The translations under genes were made by a program, and so were the position numbers. Source: an uncultured virus (IMG/VR IMGVR_UViG_3300032326_002378) (lineage: Duplodnaviria > Heunggongvirae > Uroviricota > Caudoviricetes). Taken from it: a stretch of 20,000 nucleotides of DNA. Shown piece after piece: positions 8,040-18,378 of the stretch; within the stretch, counting starts at the first letter, position 1; every line of letters begins with the position of its first letter. The stretch is taken from the IMG/VR virus record IMGVR_UViG_3300032326_002378; one strand, given 5' to 3'. The notes under the pieces are model-generated. The model made no database searches and had not been told where the DNA came from. It was given only the letters and a program-made list of their open reading frames with translations.

Positions 8040-8816
8040 ATGGTTGAAAGAATATATGACACGCTCAAAGGCATTCTGTACAATGATCTTCCAAAAAATG
8101 CTAAAGATCAGGTTGTCGTATATGATCGCCCAATAATCGGTTGGTATTTTGGCGATAGAGATGTAAAGCCATCCAGTTTGTCCTTGATATTTTATGGCAC
8201 TTCTATTCCTTTGAAAGATGTATCCTTAGGACTTCAAGAATACGAACATAGAATTACAATTGGTGTTGATGCTGGAGCTGATAATGTTGAATTATCAGAA
8301 AGATTGGTTTTAGAAGCCACTAGACTTGTTCTAAGTGTTTTAAGAAGACATAGAAGAATGTGGGTCCTTGAACCATGTCCTATTTGTGGAAAGTTTATGT
8401 TATCTCCACAACATTATGCTATTGACCACAATGCTATTTTTTCTTCATATTCAGCTGCAGCACAAACAAATTTTGACAATCAATGGGCAGAAACTCATGA
8501 CAATTCTGTACCATCACCAACACTACCAGCATCAGGCCTCGCTGCTGAATCTTTTTTGAGAGTTTATGAAGCAGTTGGATCAGGCACCACAGTAACAGGG
8601 TTGACAGCAAATGCACGTAAAAATATTTTGCAGATGCGTAATGACTACGTTGATCCAATCAGAATACTCTATGATGTAACGTGTAATGACATAAAGCCTT
8701 CTGATGATGGAAGATCTCAAGCTTTATTAAAAAATGGAACTATCACTGTTACTGCAAAAGAATTGGTAAAACAAACTATATACGGTCCTGATAATGTACC
8801 AACAACAGCATTCTAA
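8040..8816 (+). CDS. Putative tail terminator/completion protein with zinc-finger-containing insert
   Basis: Follows the gp36-like gene. IYDTLKGIL...WYFGD...SLIFY...YEHRITIGVD...ERLVLEATRLVLSVLR and terminal GTITVTAKE suggest a terminator fold. Internal CPIC-x8-H-x4-H. Confidence 0.5.
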   Translation: MVERIYDTLKGILYNDLPKNAKDQVVVYDRPIIGWYFGDRDVKPSSLSLIFYGTSIPLKDVSLGLQEYEHRITIGVDAGADNVELSERLVLEATRLVLSVLRRHRRMWVLEPCPICGKFMLSPQHYAIDHNAIFSSYSAAAQTNFDNQWAETHDNSVPSPTLPASGLAAESFLRVYEAVGSGTTVTGLTANARKNILQMRNDYVDPIRILYDVTCNDIKPSDDGRSQALLKNGTITVTAKELVKQTIYGPDNVPTTAF

Positions 8817-8818
8817 AA

Positions 8819-11800
8819 ATGAGCAAAACAACAAGAACTGGTATAGAGATCTTAGCAAACACAATTGGAAGATCTAAAAATAAAATTAAAGACTCTTTTG
8901 GTGATTTAACTAAAAGAAGGGGCTTTAATTTGAAGGCTGAGAGTGTTTTTACCAGACTTAAAACCGCCAATTCTTTTCACGATTATGATTTAGCTTCAAA
9001 ATCCACAGATGGATATACATCTCCTGAATTTTTAACTTATGATGTTGATGATCCAGTTGGCTTTGGTATTCAAGGTGGAGAGATTGCTGTCAACCCAAAA
9101 CTAGCTAATCCTTTTCCAATCTATTCTTCAGGGTCATGGAATCCGTCTTATGATGGACCACCTTCACTAGAGGGTTGGGCTGTATGGCTTTACAATGGTT
9201 GGCAAAATTATATTCCTCCACATTTTTATGATTCAGTCAGAACATCCAATACCACTTTCTATGCTCCGTATGGTGGTGAATATATTGGAAAGGCATCTAA
9301 TGTAAGAACTGCAGTAAATGCTGCTAGAGCAACACTATCTGGACCTCATAAATATAACGGCAATTATTCTTTACCTCTCAACTTATCTGATTATCAACAA
9401 GTACCCAAGTTTGAAAATGCTAGATGGATTTCACTAAGAAATACTTATGGATCTAATATTGATCGTGATGGAGATTTAGCTGACCCATTAGATGCTGGTT
9501 CATTATCTAAAAATATCAAAGTTAAATTACATAAAGATGTTTTGACTGGATTTAAACTCATCGATCCGAGAGGAGATGAGCCTCAAGATATTAAGCTTAT
9601 GTATCACAACAATTTGATTCAGAACTTTACATCTTCGTGGCAATCTGTTACATTACCGACTGATTACACATCTTTATCGTATCTTGATTTTAAAATATAT
9701 CCATACAATGCTTTCATTGAAGATAATTTAAATTTTGATCAAACAGTTAGTTCAGAAGATTATTGGATTCTTGAAATTAATTTGCCTAATTCTTCAGGTT
9801 TTACTTGGACTGATAATTACTTTTGGCACATAGCAGTCTATTGGAATTCAAATGACAACCTTACTCAAAACTCTCATACTGCATGGGATTATGATTTATT
9901 GTCTTTCGATATGGAAGATATTGCAATTGACAGCAGTGATGGATCGATAGATGTTGCAAGTTCTGATTTAATTATCTGGAACAAAAAAAGTTTCTTTAAA
10001 CAAAGTGTATCAAATTGCCTTAGTTATGAAAAAACTGGATATTTTGATCAAAATGTTTATTTGATTTCAAAAAACAAAACACTTTTTGAGTTTAAAGATG
10101 GAGAGTTTTCTGACCCACAGGCTCCTATAAGATACTCTCTTTCTGATACAATTCCAGCTGCTGCAAGGGGAGAGTCTACATCATTAGTTGGTTATGATAT
10201 ACCAGCCTACAATCAAATATTTCCAGTTTTGATTTGCAGCAAAAACTTGGGCTCTCAGTTTGACACTCCAGTTGCAAACTATTATATTTTTGAAGGTGAG
10301 TCTTGTGATAGAGAATGTATCACTGACTTTGCTGATTTTGAAAATTATCCAGTAGTTGAAAATGACTATGATGTTCTTTTTAGATGTATTTTGACCAGGC
10401 CAGTAGATGAAGTATTTGATGTAAAACAATCTTCAACTTTAGTAAATGCTGATTATAGAATATTGACTGGAGACGGCATAAGGTTTAATTACACAGATAT
10501 CTTAAATACTTCAAGCATTGTATACATTGAAAAAATAGCAATCAATTTCTCCAAATATGGAGCACAAGATGCTGATGTTGCAGAAGCGCTTGTACCAGCA
10601 TTTTATAGATTTTTAGATAGTTTAAGAAACAATGATTACAATTTTACTTATGATAATCTAACAAGAGCTATAATTCCAGAATCAATAAGACTTGTTTTTA
10701 CAAATATTAATGAGCTTCTTTCAATTTCAACACTTGATCAATATAATTATCAAAACATCATTCATTTCTTACTTAAAAAACCAACAGATGCTTTAGTAAA
10801 AAATCCTAATTTTGAACCTAGAGGCATCCAATTTAGTTATGACGGCATTGAAAATCTCACCAGTTTATTTGTTCAAGTTCCAAGTACAAATCTTGCTATC
10901 TTAACTTGTGATAATCTTAAAAATTACAATATAAAGTTACCAACAGCTTCTAACTTTGAAGTATATCAAGAGCTTTCATTATTATGCGAAGCAATTGACC
11001 CTAATATATCTGGCAATAAAATAGGTTTGGATTACACTTTTAAACTTTCTTTAGAAGATGAAAATCAAAACATTCTGAAAAAAGATTTGTATTTAAACGC
11101 ATCAAAGTTTTTCTTGTCTGATGAAGATTACAATAAAAGAGTGTTGAAGGGTCAATCTGTAACTGGATACTACAAAACAGGAACTGATGAAGAAAGAGCA
11201 GCAAAAGCAGATGGCACTTTAGAAACTATACCTGACTATTATCTTTATGGATATGCTGGTTGTATCCCAGATCTTTCTATGGAAAAATCAAGGCCAATTC
11301 AAACAAGAGTGGTTGGAAGCGACAAACAAGAAGGTCAGACTAGAGAAGAGTTTATTGCATCATTACCAGAAGGCCAAGATGTAGATGAAGCTTTGGCAAA
11401 TTATGAAGGCGAGTTTATTGAAATTAATTTGAATAAATATCCTGAAACATGGGTGTCAATCAAAGAAATTGGAATGACTACTTCTAAGTTTACTTTTGAT
11501 ACAAACCCATATTGGAATGTAAACTATTATGGATTAATTGGTGGAGATGGTAAGTCTCAAAACTTACAACAAGCAGACGATTATTACCCATATTCAAGAG
11601 ATAATGTAGTTGCAGATTCTTTCACCATTTCTGATAAAGGATTGGATACTGCAGATAGTTCAATTCAGGTCATAGAAAACATTTACAGCCAAGAAGCAGA
11701 ATATGACAATACTTATTACTCTCAGGTAGCTTCAACAACAGGTTTGGCAGTCACTAACACCACTTTTGCAATTAAAATCACTCCTTTAGCAGATAACAAT

Positions 11801-13522
11801 TCGCAAAGTTTTAAATTAAGACTTTCAAACACCATTCCATTTTTAAGCACTGGAAAATTAAAAGTTGATTTATATTCTTCTGCTTTAGGGTCAACACAGC
11901 CACAATCAATCATAAAATCAGGATCTAGTATCAATCTTACAGACATAGATACAGAAATATCAGAGCATAAGTTTGGATTAAATGCAAATCTTTCAGCTGG
12001 AGATTATTGGCTGGTATTTAACTCTAATCAATCGTTCAAAGAATATGCAACAAACATGTCTGGTACAGTTCAAGCTACAGGAACAAATGTCACTGGAACT
12101 GGGACTACATTTACAAATTATTTAGTCAATTCTCAAATTGGTTTTGGATCTACTCTCCCATCAGGTATTTCAACTTGGTATACAATTTCTGATATTGCAA
12201 GTGACACATCATTGACACTGACATCTTCTGCTGGATCTGTATCAGCAGGTTCAGATTATGTAATTAAACATCAGTTCAAAGTTTGGGGAGTATCTACAGG
12301 CTCTACTACACTTTATGGTCAAGAAAGAGACACAACTTGGACTCCATTAACCTTCAGACCGTATATTAGATTTTATCAACCTACTGGTGAAATATATGGC
12401 GTTTTCAATAGAACTGACTACAGCATTGATAGCTTTTTACCTCCACCAAACATGCAAAGAGAAAGCCTACCTGTTTACAGATTAGAAGGCTATTATTCAT
12501 TCACATCTAAAGATATTATCCCACCAAAGAAATTGCAACTTTACCCAAGAGCATTTTATGGAGGCTTGTTAAAAGATACAGTTGGCACAGTTTCAGTAGT
12601 GTCAGGAACAGCTGTAACTGGAGTTAATAACACAGACTTTAGATTATTTGAAGGAGAGTCTGTACAGCTTGGTTTTGGATCTAGAAATCCTCTTGATATT
12701 ACAAACTGGTATGATGTTGCTTCTATTGGGTCTACAAACACTCTTACAATTTCAGGATTCGCAACTACAGTCTCAAATGTAGAGTACTTATTCAGATACA
12801 ATCCAGAATGGCACTATGCAAAATATAGTAAAGACATGTATGTTTATGTCAAATATTATTCAAAGGGAGTGTTGAAAGAAAACTATATTACCTTGAATAG
12901 AAATCCTTCATGGGAAACTTGGTGGTTTGTAAAGAACTCTTCCAACATTGATGACATAAGTAGAACTATTGAATTAGAGCAACAATCTGATATTGCTGTA
13001 ATTACAAAAAATCTCAATTTCAATAACTATAGCGTTTCAGGCACAACAGAATACATTCAAGCAAAATCGAAGGGTGTTTTCAAGCCTCAATCTAGTGGAA
13101 CATATAATTTTAGATTTTATTCAAGCTATGGCATAAAGGTATTTGTAAACGAAGAGCCTCTACCATTGATTGATGTTCTGGACAACACAAACTCTGCAAC
13201 AGCACACACTTTCAATTTAACTTTGTCTAGTGATGAGTTTACAACTTTTGAAGTTTTACACACTCATAAGACAAATACTTTGAACTCTGTATCGCATCCT
13301 CAGCTTTTAGTGGGTGAATATAAATTATCATCATCAGTTACTTGGAATAATATTGACGATTCTTTTTACAATTTAGCATCTCAAGCTCCAGTAGACATTG
13401 ACCCAGATGATGAAGTCATTGATAAAATTGCATTCTTGACCGTAGGTAAAACACTAGAAGAGATATCAACTCCAACTCATGGTGTACCGCCTGGAGATAG
13501 AATAGTTTTTAGGAGCAAATAA
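8819..13522 (+). CDS. Large virion structural protein (tail tip/baseplate/fibre-type) with two fibre-like beta repeats and a PA14-like domain
   Basis: 1567 aa, S/T/N/D/Y-rich. Repeats GTV...VTG..T.F...GFG...WY.(I/V)..I.S...LT at about 12059-12270 and 12581-12800. PA14-like KGVFKPQSSGTYNFRFYSSYGIKVFVN from about 13061. Confidence 0.6.
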   Translation: MSKTTRTGIEILANTIGRSKNKIKDSFGDLTKRRGFNLKAESVFTRLKTANSFHDYDLASKSTDGYTSPEFLTYDVDDPVGFGIQGGEIAVNPKLANPFPIYSSGSWNPSYDGPPSLEGWAVWLYNGWQNYIPPHFYDSVRTSNTTFYAPYGGEYIGKASNVRTAVNAARATLSGPHKYNGNYSLPLNLSDYQQVPKFENARWISLRNTYGSNIDRDGDLADPLDAGSLSKNIKVKLHKDVLTGFKLIDPRGDEPQDIKLMYHNNLIQNFTSSWQSVTLPTDYTSLSYLDFKIYPYNAFIEDNLNFDQTVSSEDYWILEINLPNSSGFTWTDNYFWHIAVYWNSNDNLTQNSHTAWDYDLLSFDMEDIAIDSSDGSIDVASSDLIIWNKKSFFKQSVSNCLSYEKTGYFDQNVYLISKNKTLFEFKDGEFSDPQAPIRYSLSDTIPAAARGESTSLVGYDIPAYNQIFPVLICSKNLGSQFDTPVANYYIFEGESCDRECITDFADFENYPVVENDYDVLFRCILTRPVDEVFDVKQSSTLVNADYRILTGDGIRFNYTDILNTSSIVYIEKIAINFSKYGAQDADVAEALVPAFYRFLDSLRNNDYNFTYDNLTRAIIPESIRLVFTNINELLSISTLDQYNYQNIIHFLLKKPTDALVKNPNFEPRGIQFSYDGIENLTSLFVQVPSTNLAILTCDNLKNYNIKLPTASNFEVYQELSLLCEAIDPNISGNKIGLDYTFKLSLEDENQNILKKDLYLNASKFFLSDEDYNKRVLKGQSVTGYYKTGTDEERAAKADGTLETIPDYYLYGYAGCIPDLSMEKSRPIQTRVVGSDKQEGQTREEFIASLPEGQDVDEALANYEGEFIEINLNKYPETWVSIKEIGMTTSKFTFDTNPYWNVNYYGLIGGDGKSQNLQQADDYYPYSRDNVVADSFTISDKGLDTADSSIQVIENIYSQEAEYDNTYYSQVASTTGLAVTNTTFAIKITPLADNNSQSFKLRLSNTIPFLSTGKLKVDLYSSALGSTQPQSIIKSGSSINLTDIDTEISEHKFGLNANLSAGDYWLVFNSNQSFKEYATNMSGTVQATGTNVTGTGTTFTNYLVNSQIGFGSTLPSGISTWYTISDIASDTSLTLTSSAGSVSAGSDYVIKHQFKVWGVSTGSTTLYGQERDTTWTPLTFRPYIRFYQPTGEIYGVFNRTDYSIDSFLPPPNMQRESLPVYRLEGYYSFTSKDIIPPKKLQLYPRAFYGGLLKDTVGTVSVVSGTAVTGVNNTDFRLFEGESVQLGFGSRNPLDITNWYDVASIGSTNTLTISGFATTVSNVEYLFRYNPEWHYAKYSKDMYVYVKYYSKGVLKENYITLNRNPSWETWWFVKNSSNIDDISRTIELEQQSDIAVITKNLNFNNYSVSGTTEYIQAKSKGVFKPQSSGTYNFRFYSSYGIKVFVNEEPLPLIDVLDNTNSATAHTFNLTLSSDEFTTFEVLHTHKTNTLNSVSHPQLLVGEYKLSSSVTWNNIDDSFYNLASQAPVDIDPDDEVIDKIAFLTVGKTLEEISTPTHGVPPGDRIVFRSK

Positions 13523-14451
13523 TGGCAGCACCTAACCCCAATTCAGTTTTTGCAATGAACAATTTGGTCTTAAAAATTAATTTATTGGATCAGGTAAATG
13601 ATCTTGCTAAATCAATAAAAGAATATTCTATAGGCAAAGCAGATACTACCAGAGATATAGACTTATGCTATGGTGCTTCTTTTGTTGAAACCACCGACCC
13701 CGATAAATTGCAACAACATATTGTGATTGGTAAAGGTTTAGAAAAGTCTGCAATTAATGATATTGCTGAAATTATTGCTTCGGGAGATTTAAGCGAAGAC
13801 GAAATTGGCATCTCGATTTTATACTCTAATCCTAGTACTGATGTTATAAGAAGACAGCAAATAAACGGTGAATATGAAGTAGTTTCTAATTGTTATGCTT
13901 TTGGTTCTGTATTTGTTGAAACAGGTACAGTCGCTAGTAATTTTACTAGTTCTATTTCAGCAGCTACACTTTTAGGTGCAAACAATAAAACAATTTTTGT
14001 TTCAAAAGATATAACTTTAGAAGAAGCTATTGATTTAGTAAAGAATAATATAATTGAAGATATAACCCCTATATCAGATGCTTCATCAACTTATGATGAT
14101 TATGCATACTTAAAATTATATGATTTTATTTTAGATATAACTTATTATGATGGAACATTCCAAAATAGTAGAGTTGATATATTTCCTATAGATAGAAGAA
14201 AAGTAAGAAGTCTTTTCTCTTTTTCTACCGAAGAGCTTGCAGTATTTTTGACACCTAGATTGATCAGAAACGAAAGAAATGTAGCAAGCAGGCATTCTAC
14301 TATCAGGGCTGAAATTAAAGACATAATAAAAGAATGGGTTTATATTCCAAATTGGAGTCCTAATTTCATTAATTATTGGAAAACATCTGCAATTGCAATG
14401 CCAGAACCACTAAAATTATTCTTGAAAAATGAATTAGGTATAATTATTTAA
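13522..14451 (+). CDS. Hypothetical protein, probably virion structural
   Basis: 309 aa, AGGAG RBS, TAATG coupling, located between large structural genes. Confidence 0.6.
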   Translation: MAAPNPNSVFAMNNLVLKINLLDQVNDLAKSIKEYSIGKADTTRDIDLCYGASFVETTDPDKLQQHIVIGKGLEKSAINDIAEIIASGDLSEDEIGISILYSNPSTDVIRRQQINGEYEVVSNCYAFGSVFVETGTVASNFTSSISAATLLGANNKTIFVSKDITLEEAIDLVKNNIIEDITPISDASSTYDDYAYLKLYDFILDITYYDGTFQNSRVDIFPIDRRKVRSLFSFSTEELAVFLTPRLIRNERNVASRHSTIRAEIKDIIKEWVYIPNWSPNFINYWKTSAIAMPEPLKLFLKNELGIII

Positions 14452-14452
14452 A

Positions 14453-17020
14453 ATGGCTATATCATCAAAAATAGAAGAAGTTGTATATGAAGTTTCAAAA
14501 ATAGCAGGCGAAGTTTATGAAACATTGTCAAATAGCATAGGATCTGTTGACACTCCATCGTCCGCAATTTTTGAAATAAATAACTTGCTCAATTTAGCCA
14601 ATTCAGAAGCTCCATACTTTTCTGTTTTAGAAACTTCACCAGCAAGTTTCGAGATCTCTTACGATACAAACAACCCTTACTATGTTCATGTGTCAAGTGG
14701 ACAAGTTGTTTACAATGGTAACGTGATCAATATTGCTCCTCAAGAATTATCAATTAGAAGAAGTTTCAGTCAATTGTATTCTGATCTTTACGTTTATGGA
14801 ATGGTAATAGGCCTTCCCATTGATGAAGTTCAAAAAGCAACACAAGCTTGGTTCACTGAGACAACCACAACAGCATCAATTGGTTCTACGTTAATTTACA
14901 TTGCAGACTCATCAGTTCCAGAATCATTAGGTTTCCCATTAGAAGCACAAGTAGGAAGATTTTATTTAAGATTTGTTGGGTTTAACGATGATAAGACTGC
15001 TTTATTAATAGATCCAGGTCAAAATCTTGGAACTATAGCTTCTCCAGTTTATGGCCAATTACAAAGCTCAATTACATCAGGTTCTGCAATTAGATTTAAT
15101 TATCAACCAAGATTGCAGTCAATTTCAGGATTTCCAATTTTAACTGGTGATGGAACTGCCATGCCTGAAGATTTTGGTTATTATCCACCTCTACCAACTT
15201 CATGGCTGGCTATTGGAAAATTACTAGTTACAAATCCTGGAGATCAAAGTGTTGTTATCAACTCAGGGGAACCAGCCATTCTTTCCACTTTGGTTGCTTT
15301 GCCTTTAAACAATTCTTCAAATCCTATTTTTGGTGACAGTGAAGATAATGATAGAGTGATATCAGCTTGCGAGAATGCCTTAACAGATTTATCTCAATTA
15401 AAGTCTAGCACTATAATTTCTGATGTCGCTCAAGGATTAAAATCTCTTTCATTAAAATTAAACACTACTGGACAAACAAGTTTAAGAAAGATATGGGCTG
15501 AACAACCTTTTAGACCTAAGAGCAATTTTTCTAAAGGCTTGTCTTTTACAGGATTAGAAAGGTTTGAGTTTCCTTATTCATTCTGTCAAGCTTATTATGA
15601 GTTGACAAATGAAGACTTACAACACACCTTTGCTATTTTTAGAGGTGACTTAGTTGCAAACAATTCCAGATTAATTGGTTCTACTGGAATTGATAATTCT
15701 CTTGACGCTTCTTCTTTAAATGCACCTGGAAGTTTATCTAGCCTTGAAAGAGGTACACACATTTATGGCGGAAGCGTTGTAAAAAGCATTACTGGTACAA
15801 CAGCTGGAGAAACAGTTCCTAAGTACATTGATATTACAACAAATACGGTATCTAATAATAATTATTTAATTGAGTTAAATTGGACTAACGTTGCTGATGC
15901 TCTTTTCTATCATGTATATAAAAGAGGCAATTTTTCTGCAGATTTGATGGAGTATAGGTTAACTGTTGCTGATGAGATTCAAAAGCAACCAAAGTTTGAC
16001 AATACACCTGTGACAGATGATTCAAATGTACCAATGTCATTATCATACACTGCTATCAAAATAGAACCTGATAATGATGGATTTTGTGGTGGTATCTCAG
16101 TCAAGCATCTATTTGGTCCTGAAACATATACAATCAAAAATACAAATGCATATATTTCCGCAACTCTTTATGATTCCGTAGCAGAAACAGTAACTTCAGC
16201 AGAAACTGATGCAACACTTGATGATGTTGACACTTTGTATGTTCCTGATATTTCTGCACCTCTTACGAATGAAGTAAAACTTTATCTTGGAGATTTAACT
16301 GATCAAAGTGATGAATACACTTTCAAGTTTAAAAAGGGTGTTAATTTAAATAGCGGTCATATATATTGGCTCGTTCTTTATAAATCAGCAAATGCAACTG
16401 TAATTGATCCTGAAACATTAGCTGAAAGTACTGGAACGCTTTATCTTAGAGGCGAAGATAGAAGTGGAGAAGGAACATTTGGTGAAATTACACTTTGGAA
16501 ATCAGCAACATTAACTACAGGGTTTGACAACTGGACAACTTATGATAGTGGTGGTGATGAAAATATTTACAACCCATATTACAACTTAAGAGGATATCTT
16601 GATAATGGGTTGGCAGTGAAGTATCCAGTAAGAAGAGGTCTCAAGTTTACGAGCAGAATAGCACTGACTCCAAGAAGATTGTCAATTTATGTTCCTCCAG
16701 TTGATAATATTTCTGCATCTGTTTCTGAGTATTTTTCAGCTTCGTATGATGGATTGGAAACTGAAGACACAACTACTAAGAATGAAATGGTTGTAACTGT
16801 AACTGCAAGAAATGGTGCTTTAGGAACTCCAGTCACATTTACACAAACAATTCCTCAATACACTGAGAGAGATACTAGGTTTACATTAGGAAATACTAAT
16901 GATTTATTTGATCGTATTGATGATGTCACAGTAACTCCAGGAACTAACTTACAAAGATCAAATAACGGTCCTATCAAATGGTCTTTATATGATTTCTTTA
17001 CTGTTGAAACACTACCATAA
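14453..17020 (+). CDS. Virion structural protein (baseplate/tail-associated); C-terminal part paralogous to the 8819 protein
   Basis: 855 aa. VHVSSGQVVYNG strand pattern common in baseplate/fibre proteins, FN3-like IELNWTNVADALFYHVYKR, and a YWLVL beta-sandwich motif shared with the 8819 protein. Confidence 0.6.
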   Translation: MAISSKIEEVVYEVSKIAGEVYETLSNSIGSVDTPSSAIFEINNLLNLANSEAPYFSVLETSPASFEISYDTNNPYYVHVSSGQVVYNGNVINIAPQELSIRRSFSQLYSDLYVYGMVIGLPIDEVQKATQAWFTETTTTASIGSTLIYIADSSVPESLGFPLEAQVGRFYLRFVGFNDDKTALLIDPGQNLGTIASPVYGQLQSSITSGSAIRFNYQPRLQSISGFPILTGDGTAMPEDFGYYPPLPTSWLAIGKLLVTNPGDQSVVINSGEPAILSTLVALPLNNSSNPIFGDSEDNDRVISACENALTDLSQLKSSTIISDVAQGLKSLSLKLNTTGQTSLRKIWAEQPFRPKSNFSKGLSFTGLERFEFPYSFCQAYYELTNEDLQHTFAIFRGDLVANNSRLIGSTGIDNSLDASSLNAPGSLSSLERGTHIYGGSVVKSITGTTAGETVPKYIDITTNTVSNNNYLIELNWTNVADALFYHVYKRGNFSADLMEYRLTVADEIQKQPKFDNTPVTDDSNVPMSLSYTAIKIEPDNDGFCGGISVKHLFGPETYTIKNTNAYISATLYDSVAETVTSAETDATLDDVDTLYVPDISAPLTNEVKLYLGDLTDQSDEYTFKFKKGVNLNSGHIYWLVLYKSANATVIDPETLAESTGTLYLRGEDRSGEGTFGEITLWKSATLTTGFDNWTTYDSGGDENIYNPYYNLRGYLDNGLAVKYPVRRGLKFTSRIALTPRRLSIYVPPVDNISASVSEYFSASYDGLETEDTTTKNEMVVTVTARNGALGTPVTFTQTIPQYTERDTRFTLGNTNDLFDRIDDVTVTPGTNLQRSNNGPIKWSLYDFFTVETLP

Positions 17021-18369
17021 TGAATGATTTAAGAAGTCAGTATTCTAGCTTAGGATTTAATCCTGGATATTACGATCTTTTAGTAATGGATCGTAATGTT
17101 TCGTTAGAGCCTGACTATTATTTTAATTTCAACAATCTTGATTACAATAAGATATTAAATGTAGAAAACTTAGAGTTTTCGTTTTCACAAGAAGCTACTA
17201 ACTTTACTAGATTAGCAGGCGAAGGCGCTGATCCTAATAATTTTGGTTTGGGAAAGGCTGATTTTTCTGCATCATTTAATATGTTGCTTAAGGTTCCATC
17301 TACAGGATATGTAGATTTTGGATTTGCTAATATATGGGACTGTGCAACTTTAGCATATAAGGGTACTGGTAACTCCGCTGTAGGCAGGCTTATAAATAAT
17401 AATAATCCAGTTGGGGTTGGCACTACTTTTATTCATGTTGACAATATTGCTGATTTTGCAGCACTTTCAACACCCTTCAGTTTACAATTTAAAAAGTTTA
17501 GTGGAACAGCATCAACTGAGACTAAAACTGTGACCTCAATTGATAAAGCTAACAGAAGATTATATTTCTCATCGGGTACAGCACATACTCACGTTTTAAG
17601 TAATACATTTGTTTGGGCAAAACCAACTAACCCAGGAACCAATAGAGAACCTACTTTTTCTTTAGTTTCTTTGTTTCAGGGACTAATGAGTGGCTGTTTG
17701 GTAAATAAACTAACATTAGACATCAAACCTGGCGAAGATATTGATGTAAATGTTGAATTGAAGTTTACTAATGTTGACAGAAAATATCAAATAGATGCTT
17801 TCGATAATTTTGAAACCTTAGATGCAAACATATCCAAATACAAAGTTCAAAGAGCAGCAAATGGGTCTGAAGTTAGAATAAACAATACTTCATTTACTGC
17901 AGGTGGGTTTGGACTAACTAATGCTTATGGACATCCATTCTTCCAAGGTTTTGTAGGCTTAGGAATGACTAGTTTTTTAGTCAAAGAAATGACGATAACC
18001 ATTGATAATCAATTAGAACCAGTATATGGATTGCATTCAATATCTGATGATGTTCATATCAGAAGAAGAGAAAATCTTAAACCTTATGCATTAGTTTCAA
18101 ATGGAAGAAAAATTGAAGGAGTGATTAAGTATTTATCTCCTATAGCTCCATGGACATTAGCTGAAAAATTATCTGGACCATCAAGTATAAATAACGGTGG
18201 AATTGAAGTTGACTTTGGAACATTCAAGATATCTTTTACTGAAGTAGTTTGGTCTGGTTCTAAAGCATCTTCGCCATTATCTGATAACCAAACGAAAGAA
18301 ATTAAGTTTAGTGTTGCAACTGAGAAGCTTGAAACAAATCCAGTTTTGAATTTTTCTAGTAGTTTTTAA
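17020..18369 (+). CDS. Tail tube-like protein (two tube subdomains) with inserted beta domain
   Basis: PTFSL...SGCLVNKLTLDIKPGEDIDVNVELKF and VKEMTITIDNQLEPVY...GRKIEGVIKY are typical of long two-domain phage tail tube proteins. Followed by a chaperone-like gene. Confidence 0.7.
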   Translation: MNDLRSQYSSLGFNPGYYDLLVMDRNVSLEPDYYFNFNNLDYNKILNVENLEFSFSQEATNFTRLAGEGADPNNFGLGKADFSASFNMLLKVPSTGYVDFGFANIWDCATLAYKGTGNSAVGRLINNNNPVGVGTTFIHVDNIADFAALSTPFSLQFKKFSGTASTETKTVTSIDKANRRLYFSSGTAHTHVLSNTFVWAKPTNPGTNREPTFSLVSLFQGLMSGCLVNKLTLDIKPGEDIDVNVELKFTNVDRKYQIDAFDNFETLDANISKYKVQRAANGSEVRINNTSFTAGGFGLTNAYGHPFFQGFVGLGMTSFLVKEMTITIDNQLEPVYGLHSISDDVHIRRRENLKPYALVSNGRKIEGVIKYLSPIAPWTLAEKLSGPSSINNGGIEVDFGTFKISFTEVVWSGSKASSPLSDNQTKEIKFSVATEKLETNPVLNFSSSF

Positions 18370-18378
18370 GGAACCAGG

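Noticed and set aside
401..17423. Short minus-strand and alternate-frame ORFs in the ORF track (e.g. 401-598, 1185-1484, 5166-5441, 8368-8559, 12556-12801, 17142-17423)
   Set aside because: All overlap longer, well-supported + strand genes and show no recognisable motifs; treated as shadow ORFs.
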